Of a DNA stretch of 64,000 nucleotides, positions 24,571 through 36,834 are shown piece after piece. Source of the DNA: Octopus sinensis (Eukaryota); NCBI RefSeq assembly GCF_006345805.1, contig NC_043011.1:64864464-64928463 (forward strand), in the 5' to 3' direction. Both the position numbers and the translations under genes were made by a program. The notes under the pieces are model-generated. The model saw only the letters and a list, made by a program, of their open reading frames with translations. It had not been told where the DNA came from and did no database searches. Numbering within the stretch: position 1 is the first letter of the stretch; each line of letters begins with the position of its first letter.

Positions 24571-27500
24571 TGAATCCTTGGCATCATGTTTTTATTTTGA
24601 TCAATTTACTCCACCATCTACACCACCAAACGGTATACACAGGTTCTTATAATTATCAAGTACTCACCCCGAATTTCTATACTCAACTCACCTACGTTGT
24701 CACTATGATCTGATCCCACGTAACCGCGACAACCTTTAGTACTTGACGAACCCAAGCATGAAGATTCAAAGGATTCACACAAACTTCTCTCCCAAGGACA
24801 TACCTCTCCACTCCGACAAAACTTACATGACGACCCTCATCCACCGGACCACAGACTTTATTAGAAGAATCACGTGGGCGGCTTACCATTTCGATAACCC
24901 GGGGAAAAGCAACCCCAACTCTAACCAAGAAGAAATAGCACACAGGAAGATATTTAAAAGCAGAAGATACCCACCCTCTAACTACGCACTGGAAAATTTT
25001 GAAACAGACTTAATCGACCTCATTACCAACATCAACATTAGTAAGCATAAGACCATTTCCAACACCCACTTAAGGAGCCTTAAATATTTCCTGCATTCAC
25101 TTAGGAACGATGATAGTCTTATCATACCCGCCGACAAGACTGGGAACTGGTATGGGTTAGACTACCAAACCTACAAATCGCTCATCATGAGGGAACTTAG
25201 CAAAAAATATAAAACTACGTCTTCGGATAACCTTAAGGAAATTAACTACAAAATCAAGGAAGTTATGAGCAAATTAGACCTCCTGGACAGAACGGAACCT
25301 ATCAAACCACAAGTACCCAAAATTACTATTAAAGACCATAAGAAAGACTTCCCGGATAATATAGGAGTACGATTAATCTGTCTGACTAAATCGGATATCG
25401 GCAGACTTAGCAAGACTATCCTGGACAAGGTGATCCCACACATCAAACCCCACATCCCACTCCAACTATGGATTAACACCGACGATGTGCTAGAATGGTT
25501 TAACACAATCACCAATAGACCCAACTACTCATTCATCCAATTCGACATAGCTAGCTACTACGCCAGTATATCCCCCATCTTACTTAACAAATCCCTTATA
25601 TTTGCCCGCAACCTTTCGCTCATAGACAGAGAAAAAATTGACATAATACTATTAGCTAGAAAAACCATAATAGAATTCGACGGTAGACTTTGGACCAGAT
25701 CCGATACCCCCGACAATTTTGATGTGGCTATGGGCTCGAGCGATTCAGCTCAGGTGACTGACTTGGTCGGGGCCTACCTGCTCAAGAAGCTTTTCTCCGA
25801 GGTACCGGATCTTCAGGGGGGTCTATACAGAGATGACGCTCTCTTCATATACCCCACCAACAATAGGAGTAAACTAGAAAGAATTAAGAAAAAGATCAGG
25901 CTTTTTTTCAAATCCTTCAATCTTAAACTAGAATTTATGACCAATACTAAAATAGTAAACTTCTTAGATGTTACGTTAGACTTGAATAAGCACCTTCACC
26001 ACCCGTATAGGAAACCCGAAGAAACTACCAAATACATCCATACCTCTTCCAACCATCCACCCTGTATAATTAGCACCACGGTCCAAGCCATCTCAGACAG
26101 GCTTACAAACTATCCTCTAATAGAGAAATTTTCAATAATCACGCACAACACTACAACCAGGCTCTCTATAGTGCTGGGTATAACCAGAGAATATCATATG
26201 TAGACCACCCGAGAACGTCCGTCGGCCATAAAACTCCCAATTATAATCGAACTCCGCACTCAACTCACACTAGCGATAATTCTAATTTAAACTCCAAACA
26301 ACGTATAGGAAATAGGCGAACTAATAGAATAGCACACAATAGTAACCCTCTCGACGAGAGCAATATAGATCCTATTAGGAGAAATAGAAGGGATAATAGT
26401 CGATTACGCAAATTATATGGTTCAACATACCATACAACTTAGCAGGTAGGGGTACGTTATGTAAGAGAATATTCTCTATCATTTCCAACAACTTCCCACC
26501 CACCCATAAGTATAGAAGCATCTTCTCCAACAAAACCATTAGGATTTCCTACTCTCTACCCTGCCCAACAAGAGCTGCCTCATAGCTAAACATAACTATA
26601 TTAATATTAGAACAGCTAGATCAAGAGCAAGCTATAGCGACCAACCGAACCCCCCTCATCCAGATAGTAGACAATATAATCAGACTGGCAGCCATATTAC
26701 CCAAACATTAGTAATAACACCTGCCAACACAACAGAGGAAATACTACACCCATCAACAACCAGGAGGATATCAACGCCCCCACTCGTATTGCAACACCTC
26801 CGCCTGGGATTAGCAGCACACGACCGAATAATGCAATTCAATGCAACTGCATATGTGCATCAGAGTGCCCGCTACAGGGCGTATGTAGGGCGAAAAACGT
26901 AATATATTCATGTGAGGTGAGTACCCGTTTAACACACTCACCTACATAGGTTGCTCAACCTCCTGGAAATCCAGATACTACAACCACCGGTCCTCGCTGA
27001 AGCACAGACATAAGGCTAACAGCACCTCCCTTTCTAAAAAAATTTGGAATTAAAGACAAATGCAGAGGCTTCAAACTCAGGTGGTCCATCATCGGATCAG
27101 CTGCACCTTATTTAAATAATAGAGCAGGATGCCAACTATGTTGCGTAGAACTCCTGAACATCTTGAAATTCAAAGACAAACACAATCTTATTAACAAAAG
27201 GTCAGAGTTCAAACCATCCTGTATACACAAACTTATTAATACTTTCAAATACTACAAAACTTAGGTTATTATACCAACTCTCCATGCAATTTCCTCCCAC
27301 CCGGTGCAACCTGTCGACTCCAGCACATCCCGCTTTCCTATATGTGCCTGTATGTGCGTATATGTGTGCGTATATATATATATATATGTATGTGCACATA
27401 TGTGTATGTATATGTATATATATATATATATATGTGTGTGTGTGGTGTATGTGTGTGGGTGTGTGTATGTGCATATACGTTTCCCTGCATTTTCCTCCTA

Positions 27501-29232
27501 TATATGCACATTTTGTCTCCCATATATGTCTTTTTTCCCTACATATTTTTTCTCCTACACCCATATCCTTCCTATATAGTCTCTTTATTTCCCTATATCT
27601 ACATCTACACCTTTCACATTTCTAACTCGGATGTTGAACGCACACCGCCAAGCTCCACTTATACTCCACTTCATCTCATGTTAAACTTTAAAAGATTATA
27701 TTTTTATTTTATTTCTTTTTATTTTACTTTTATGTTGCTTTATCCTGTTCTATTTCACTTTACCTTTATTCTCATTTTTATTTTCATCATCCGTTATCTT
27801 AATTCTTATAATTTTTATAATTTTTATACTTCATCTCTAACTTTTACATTATATTTCTTATTTTATATTGTATTTCTTACTTTTATTTCTAATTTTTACT
27901 CTTACCCTCATTCTTACCCCTAACTTATCGCTTTATACCTCTATATATGTCTATTTTTTTTGCTTATCCCTTATTTACTTACCTATGGATCCGCTTTATG
28001 ATTATACGAGCGTCCGTGTACGTATGTATACGTATACATATGTGTACATATGTACGAGTAAACATCTACGTCTCTGGATGTGCATACCCCGTATTTCTTT
28101 ACATTTTTTTACATGTTTCTTATACTCATATGTTTACACCTATTTGTATACATCTTTTAATACCTATAGCTATACCCATATGCGCGTATGTCTCTGTGTG
28201 TGTATGTAAGTGTATATGTGCACGCACATATGAACACACAGCCATGTGTGCGTGCACGTGTGGACGTGAGTGCGTGATTCTTTACATAAGTTCTATATAC
28301 ATCCTTTAATATCTTATATATCTAAACCTGGAAGCGTGGGCATATGTGTATGTGTATGTAAGAATGGACGCACATATGTATATATGGGTGTGTACACGTA
28401 TAATGTCCGTGTATACATGCGGATATTCTGTTGTATGTATGTATATGTACGCGCGTGCGTGTGGGTGTATGTGTGTTTATGTACATGTTTACACGTGAGT
28501 GCGTGTGTATGCTTATAGCTTGGAGCCGTGTATGCGCGCGTATATGTGCTCGTGTATATGGGTGTATGTATCCATGATGGTATGTATGTACAAGATGACC
28601 AATTAATTCAAAGAACTAGATTAAACGCTCAACAGCTCTGATTTACAACCACTAGGTCCCCAGACAACTTCTACAACTAACTAGACTTTATCAATCTCCT
28701 GACCACCATGTTTTGGTCCCTAACTCTATACATCCCTTATCTTTATATTCTTTATATTTTTTTACTTTTTTATCATGTTTATTCCTATTTTTATTTTGTT
28801 ACTTTTTATTTTTTTACTTTTTACTCTTATTTTTTTACTTTTACTTTTATTTCTATTTCTATCTTTACTTTATACCTTATGCCTTTACATTCATTTATAT
28901 TTCTTTATATTCTTTATACCCCCTTTACATCTCCTTATATCCCTTTATATCTTATACACTACATTTTTATATTTTTCTATACTTACACTTTTTATCATAC
29001 ATTTTTTATCCCTCGTCCTGAATTCTCGCCTCTCCATCTTCACTTCTATATATGTATTTATTTATTTACATTACTTCAACATCCAAATTTCCTCATTCTA
29101 CATTGAGAGAAGGAAGAGATGGACGCTTCAATCTATGCTGTTGACTCATTATGTCGTACGCGAATGAGAGGATTTGCATCCCCCACCAAGAATTTTTGAT
29201 GTAAACACATGTCCTTGTGGAAGCTGTTGTGC

Positions 29233-29309
29233 GCGGCTGAAGAAGGCCACAGACATACATTATGCATTGTTATAAATCTGTCTATAAAGGCCCGAAACAT
29301 ATGTACCGC
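29233..29309 (+). ncRNA. Type I hammerhead ribozyme in the 3' pLTR
   Basis: Same sequence as 24,493-24,570 minus one nt in the stem II extension. Predicted cleavage after 29,305. Confidence 0.78.
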
Positions 29310-32019
29310 TGAATCCTTGGCATCATGTTTTTATTTTGATCAATTATATATATATATTTTTAACTGATGTCCACCGGCAGACCGTAGTTAAAATGTTTCC
29401 ATTATTTCAAGTGCTAAGCATTTAAGGTAGCGTGGTTAACTAAGATAAAATTTCCTGGAACGTTAAAATATTTTCAAAACACCAATCTGTGCAATCACTA
29501 TCGATTCCAGGATACAGATATTTGTTGTTCATTAGTTATCAATCGATTATATCTGAGTGACAATATGTATACGTGTGAGTGTTTGAATGTGTGTGTTTGT
29601 TTGAATGTGTGTGTGTATTTTTGTGTGCATATGTGTGCATTTTTTACGCTTGCCACCACATAACAATCAGTGTTCGTGCATTTACGAACGCAAAACCCCG
29701 CAGTCAAGTGAAAGCTAAGGATATCATAAACACCAAGTTTAAAAACAAAAAATACAATACACTGGGAGATATTCGATCGACTAAAACTCTTCAAGTTGGT
29801 GCCTCCGGATGACAACAGCCTAATGAATGAAACAACTAAAAATTGAAAGGCGTTGCTATTATTCATTTCATTTAGAATTTGATTAAGTTATTCGCAGTAA
29901 TATTAAATGCGTCAAAACTATTGAAAATATTGCAAGACGCAACGAAAATTTAAGGACAATAAAAATAAGAAATAAGTAGAAAATTTAGCAGTGAGTGTTT
30001 TACATAAGAAGGCACAAAAAGAAAATGACTCTCCCCAGACACAACAGATTATTGAATGACTTTCACATTAATACTACGCATTCTTGTGATGGTTTTGCTA
30101 ACTATTTCTTGGTTTTAATAACACCAATGATAGTATCAAGAGACCTTGAAACTTTACCACAGCATTATAGGAAATGAAATATTTCTCCATCAGGTACGTA
30201 TAAAAGTCAGCAACAACAAATTTTGAGTATTCTGTACTTTTGTCTTTTCGCTAATAAAATGTGTAAGTGGACCAAAGACTGTTGGATACTTTTGTAGAGT
30301 ATGGAGTCGATAATGCGGCTGTACGTATGCAAAATTGTTAGAATGTAGCTACTTTACTTACTGATGTCATTCAGAGGGAAACGTTTCTTTTGACCATGAC
30401 GAAGAAGCTAACACAAAAGTAGACATCCCGACATACACATTCATATATATATTCATCCACACACATATATACATACACTCACAACCAATACCGAATATAA
30501 ATTCTATAATACCTACATTTCTACATAGCACCAGTTTTTCTCTGTCCTGCTTGAAACATCTATTAACATCGATATCTTGGCTCCTGTTCCACTTGAATCG
30601 CTATACGTCTCGTACATCGCAGAGTCATTTCAGGGTAACTTTCTCTTAAATCCAGTAATTCTAATATAATATATCTCAAATATTCCTCTCTAATTTCGCT
30701 TACCATTATCGCTGCATGACACATAACCAATGTGTTCTTCCAGGTTAGCAATTACATTATATCTAGTGGTTACGTATTTACATGTATTTATCGCGTATTC
30801 ATACATCTAGTGCTTGATGTTGTTATCATTTGAAAAAGAAATGTAACTCACCTCCATCCTCTACAAGAGATTTAACTTTATTGTTATCTGTCGCTACTGA
30901 TTGTCAAACGATATTATCATTTTTAAAGTGAGACTGGCAGCAATAATTCAGTTAATATTAGACTCGTATATGAAAGCGATTGAAACTGCTAATGTGGCTA
31001 TGTGTGTTTTCATATGTATATTTCAACAACCAAAATGCTGCAGTGTAACACAAAGTGTAGGATGTTGTTTAACCCAATGGTCCAGGGATAATATTAGCGG
31101 CATTCTTAATCGTAGTACTTGAAGGAATTCTGCCTTCGCAACATTTTCTGGAATATTTTCTGGACAAAACCTTTAATGACTTAAGTATCATTGCGTTAAT
31201 AAGGTAAAACAAAACTTATTTTAAAGTAGGCTGCAGACGCCATATGGCACCGAACTAAAGAGCGGTCGTCCAATTCTATTTGTACAAAGCTATTCCTAGC
31301 TGTATGTTACTTATCCAAGTCAACACACACATATATATATAAGTACACACACACATATATATGCATGCATGTGTGTGTGTATATGGCCCAGTGGTTAGGG
31401 CATTGGACTCGCGGTCAGAGGACCGCGGGGTCGATTCTCAGACCGGGCGTTGTGTGCGTTTATTGAGTGAAAACACCTAAAAGCCCCACAGACAACGGCG
31501 GTGCATCAGCATGGCCGCAGCACTGAGCTGAAGCTAGAAAAAATATATATATGCACACACACACGTACACACACATATGGATATATATCTATGAATATGT
31601 ATATGAAGGTCTTTTTTCGATTCTGTTTACCAAAATGCACTCAGAAAAGTTTGGTCGTGCTGATTCTAACGTAGCAAACACGAACCCTAAATGCAAAGTG
31701 GGACTGAACCCGGAAACATAGCACTGGCCAACAAGGGCATGTTCACACACAAAGTGCAAAGAAAACAAAACCAAAAAAATCAGCGCTACATGTGTGTGAA
31801 GATTTACTTCTAAATATCGACACGTTTAATTCGTGGCAAGTTAAATACAATTTCAATCATAATATAATACCACGTAATAAATAACGGTAGAATAGTTGTT
31901 GCTAGGTTATAATGAAACGAACATCTGTTACATGTTTTTCAAGCCTAAAGACAAACTCCTGCGTAGTACATAGAGCAACACCACGTATGTAGAAAGCTGA
32001 CGAAAAGAACTAATCTACA

Positions 32020-32056
32020 ATGAAAAGAATTCTATTCATATTATCTGTAATTTGCG
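32020..32056 (+). CDS. Copy 2 coding exon 1, signal peptide (MKRILFILSVIC-G)
   Basis: ATG AAA AGA ATT CTA TTC ATA TTA TCT GTA ATT TGC G|gtaagg. The phase-1 donor joined to exon 2 gives MKRILFILSVICGATA-SKVC, with a basic n-region, hydrophobic core and A-x-A cleavage motif. Confidence 0.8.
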
Positions 32057-32558
32057 GTAAGGTATACTTACTTCATAAAACAGCGCTCATAAATGACGGT
32101 TCACAGACACCAGGTAGAAGCAGGCGCATGCAAATGCATACATGTGTTTATATATGTTTGTATGCTTGATTGCATGCATATATGTATGTAGGTGTGTATG
32201 TACACACACACACACACACATAGTATGCATGACTCTATGTATGTATATCTAGATAGATGTATACATAGATAGACAGGTGACGTTAGCGATTTTTTTTCTT
32301 CTTTGGACATTTCACTTTCTCCTTCCAGACGAAGAGCTATGCGCGAAACAATGTTTTCTTTGTACACGTTCTCTTGTTAATGCTTACATGTTTAAATGAA
32401 TTAATTGAATATCCGTTTGTATGTTTGAAAATTCCACACACCCTTGGCCTTGTCTCATTTTGACACATTATATTTAACACACACATACGTATGTATGTAT
32501 GTATGTATGCATGTATGCATGAATGTATGTAAATATGTAGATATATGTATTTTATACG

Positions 32559-32622
<64 letters not shown>

Positions 32623-32886
32623 GCAGAGTAAAGTAATTTATTTTATAGAAGGAGCTTCTACAGGACTAGAACTGTTTCATTCAGATGAAATCTTCAGGAA
32701 GCTGGCTGTCAAAATAAGGTCTGGTATTTATACATTTAGGCAGATTTAATGGGATTGTGGTGGGGGGCGTTTTGGGGGTAATTTGGTATTTAGGAGATAA
32801 ACAGGGCACAAGCTATTGTTCTTAGGGGAGTGGTCATATATATATATACATATACATGCACACACTCACACGCACATACACACACA

Positions 32887-32943
<57 letters not shown>

Positions 32944-34652
32944 GCTCGAGAAAGCCTTCGCATATCTCCAGAGTAGTCAATGTACTTGGATCATTACTAG
33001 AGATTTGAACTGCATCATTCGAACTATTGAGCCTCTGGAAGAGGGATACAATGCCCCAAACTGCAAAAATAAATGTGCACGCAGTGGCCCACCCTGAGTT
33101 TCGTCGGCCCGTGAAGAACGCCACCTACACCGGCACCACTTGTAGGTCCAATACTGGAGGGTAAATGAATCAGCTGGGCCGGCCCTAATGACTCACCACA
33201 GAACCATTTGTGCAGAGGCTGTTTGACGTCCTAATAGTGGCCCCATCGCCCTAGATCATCACCAGTGGGTACGCCTGCAGTCCGTTTCAACACGTCAGAA
33301 CTGGTGATCTTCGCCCTTGAGTAATCTCAGACAGTCTTTTCTGACGAAAGTCGATATTGCATTTCTGTGGCAGATGGCAGTGCTAGTATTTGGAGAAGGC
33401 GTGATTGTCATGGCGATGGCTGTGTGGTGGCGAGAGACTCGTGGGCAGGATAGAGCATCATGGTATGTGACTGGATTGAACTCAACTAGAAACTTTGACC
33501 GGTGGCCTTCCAAGACATCGGTCAAGGACGGGGCAATTAAATAGCTGTTGCTTGCTAGATTGACCAAATTTTAAGACCTCACATTTTGCCATAATTTGCA
33601 ATCATGGGAATCACGCGTTCCAATAAGACAACGCCCGTGCCCCTACTGCTAGGCTGATAACATACCTCCTCCAACAGCATAATTTCCAGGCACTACCATG
33701 GCCTGTCCTATGTCTGGACGTGAACCACATAAAACACCTGTGGGGCGAAATCCAATGAAGGCTAAATGACATCCGTCCAACGGCGGCAACTACGGTACAA
33801 ATCACTGAAACTTTAACAGTGCCTGGGCTGTTATCCCAATGAACTACATCAATCGTTTTGGCGCATTTAGTGTACAGAGGTTGCCTGCTGGTAATCAACG
33901 CTAACAGTGGTCACACGAGATACTGAGGTCATTTTTTTTATCCAAGACACTGCATCATCACGTGACGTCAAACATGTTTAAGGATATGGCGATTTGTCAT
34001 TAGAAAGAACCGTTTTCTATTTCGTACGTTTGTGGTATCACTTTTGTGGTTCAGTTGATATGTAATTGCATGTTATATGCCTGTACCTATGTATACGTAT
34101 ATGTATATGCATATATTTATATGTATATATATGTTATTATTACTGGATTGAAGTATCTTAAATTGTGGTCACTTTGAATGTTTTAATTTTAGACGCTTAC
34201 CTACCAGAAGAGTTTCAATACCTTTTTATTATTAGATCATTTTTATTCTTGTAAATGTGTTATATATTTCATAAACTTTTTCTACATTCTGCGATTTGAT
34301 ATAAAAGGTATCGGTTTTTAACATCCCTCCTCCTCAGCCACATGCCAGATATATGAAATCTAACATAGAAGTCAATACTTTGGAAGGAATAGAGCTAATA
34401 TATCCACTGGCTATATGCTCAGAACACGTAAAATATATACATTCCGTTAAATTTACAAAGGAAATTCGGCAAGATATCGTAAAAATGAATATTAAACCAT
34501 AATGTAGCAATGGACGATCGTACAAAAAAGGATTCCAAACAAGATGAGGACAAATATCAATCAAATGTAAATAATGTAAATAATTATTACTGCGTTACCA
34601 ATGAATTAGAAAATAAATTTAGTTGAATAATATGTAATTCTTAAAATTGTAG

Positions 34653-34751
34653 GTGCCACAGCCTCCAAAGTCTGCATGACAGTAGCCGAGAAGAGTGCAA
34701 ATACGCTCTGCTAACTTATCCTGTAAAGACTCCCGACATTCATTTCTGCAG
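34653..34751 (+). CDS. Copy 2 coding exon 2 with a 1-nt deletion (99 nt; frameshift, real or sequencing error)
   Basis: Matches 1,910-2,009 except GAGAAAGAG to GAGAAGAG near 34,690 and a synonymous TAT to TAC. Splice sites are intact. Confidence 0.8.
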
Positions 34752-36745
34752 GTATCTTTTTCTCCTTTTGGTACTAATATTTGTATTTCTTTTATAGTAC
34801 TATCGTTCATATTTGCAACTTCGTTTCACAAAATCAATTGTTTGTAATGTATTACACACAGAGGAACAAAAAAATGTGTTCCGCCACCAGGTGGTTAAAT
34901 TTTCCATCAATCTATTCCCGAAACAAAATATTATAGCATTTGCTCGTGGTGCCCCAGCATGGCCGCGGCCTTCAGTCTAAAACATTTTAAAGGATTGTAA
35001 GTATTTAAGACCGGATTTGAAAGATAAATTACTCGAGCCTTTGATTCAACACCCATTCATACGTTAGGATTTCGCCTGATTAAGAAGAATTCAAATATTT
35101 CGATCATAGGCTTGCGTGTTACTTTTGTCAACTATTATTTAGATAAATGTCTTTGTATTTCTAATTAACGTTATTTCCACCACAGTAATATAAGATGATA
35201 TTCTGATAAAGTGAATCGCCCACAGAATTTTAACTATGGTTGTCCGGAAAGTTTTTGCGGATTTTAAAGAAAAGCAAAAGGGCAATTACATTTTTAATCT
35301 ACTAAATATAAAACATTTTCTTGCACAATGGGTCTCCCTCTTTCCATTGACTTGAAATACCCTCTTCCCAGAATTGAGGTTGTTTCGCGCGCAAAGAATT
35401 CATCAAGGTATCTTTTTCCGTCATCCAGGAATTGAAATTTTTACCAGTAAGACTAGACCTGAATAAGTGGAAATCGAAGGAGCAATATCTGGTGAATATG
35501 GAGGTTGGGGTAACACATCCCGGCCGAGCTGCAGCAATTCTTGTCTGGTTCTCAAAGCCTCAACTGCCAGAAATGAACTTTCTTACCTTCCATTTTAAAG
35601 GGTTACAGAATTAACGCAGGTTACAGGAATATAAACCTTCTTCCACGAAAATATACCTGAAACTGTGCTCTAAATGGAGGTGTAGTCAAATCCTATTTTA
35701 TGCACTCAACCATGTTCTAAAAAAAGTCGAAATGTAAGCTACTGTAAATCGGCACGAACTTTCTGGACAACCCAATATTTCTGATATTGTAAGATGAGCC
35801 GACCGAATTGTTAGCACGCCACACAAATGCTTAGTGGCATTTTATCCGTCTTTATGTTCCGCATTGAAATGGAGCCGGGATCGGCTTCTCCATTCCGATG
35901 TCAATAAGTTACGTACCAGTTGAGACCTAGGGTCAAGGTAATCGGCTACCAACACACCAACAAAAAAGATACAAAGAAAAAGCAATAATTTGTCTGGTAC
36001 CAAAATTTGAAATCAATACTTCAAATATGTAAGGCGGTGGGCTTGGAGAATCGTAAATACAAAATGCAAAATCCTTAGCGATATTTTGCCCGTCTTTACG
36101 TTCTTAGTTTCCCATTCAGCTGAGTTCGATTTTGGATTCCATCTTGTCAGGGTCGACAAACTATCTACCAGTGTTGCACAAGGACTATATAAATTTGAAA
36201 CCAATGTTTCTTATACTAAAAACCGGGAGGTAGATCTTGAAGACAAGTATAGAGGCACTCCGTAGGTTACGACGACCTGTGTTCCAGTTGATCCGATCAA
36301 CGGAACAGCCTGCTCATGAAATAACGTGCAAGTGGCTGAGCACTCCACAGACGTGTATCCTTCACGTATTTCTCGGGGTGATTCAGTGTGATAAAGAATG
36401 TGACAAGGCCGGTCCTTTGAAATATGGGTACAACATAACAGGAAGAAAGAGTGAGAAAAGTTGTGGCGAAAAATTACAGCAGGGGGTGGCACCACTCCTG
36501 CAGGGAACCTCATGTAGCTGTAAGCGTTTTTGCTCAATAAACATTCGCAACGCCCGGTCTGGGAATCGAAACCGCGATCCTACAACCGCGAGTGCGCTGC
36601 CCTTACCACTGGGCAATTTGCCTCCACGATGACAAGAGTAGTTCTGAATTCTATGCTTACATATTCTGATATAAAAAAAAAGAACTATATTGACCGTTGC
36701 CTTCTCTCTATAATTGGTAATACTTGATATGTTTTTATCTTACAG

Positions 36746-36834
36746 ACGTCTAGAGTTGTATGAAATCTGTATTACTCATGTAGATCCTGTTTGCCAAAGA
36801 GCCATGCGCAAAGAGCTTACAAAAAAGTGCTCTG
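36746..36834 (+). CDS. Copy 2 coding exon 3
   Basis: Identical to 4,001-4,089; ttacag|A acceptor, G|gtgagt donor. Confidence 0.88.

Larger units (their letters stand above)
24021..29345 (+). mobile_element. Near full-length Penelope-like retroelement (Naiad-like) with direct pLTRs at 24,021-24,606 and 28,774-29,345
   Basis: The 486-aa ORF at 24,743-26,203 has RT motifs FDIASYY, AMGSSDS, LYRDD and FLDVTL. After frameshifts it reads WFNIPYN, a CNCICASECP linker, VIYSC...YIGCSTSWKSRYYNH and CQLCCVE...LINKRSE...CIH (GIY-YIG, about 26,850-27,265). A long low-complexity 3' UTR follows, and the element ends at (TA)n. Confidence 0.92.

Noticed and set aside
30174-30270. Alternative first exons (ATGAAATATTTCTCCATCAG|gt, or TATAAAAG followed by ATGT|gtaagt) joined to IILAAFLIVVLEG near 31,087
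   Set aside because: Weak acceptor, and no convincing phase-compatible donor to exon 2. The exon at 32,020-32,056 gives a complete signal peptide with a clean phase-1 donor.
31908-31945. TATAAT as the core promoter of the gene
   Set aside because: Plausibly placed, but such motifs are common in AT-rich DNA. It cannot be supported without TSS data.
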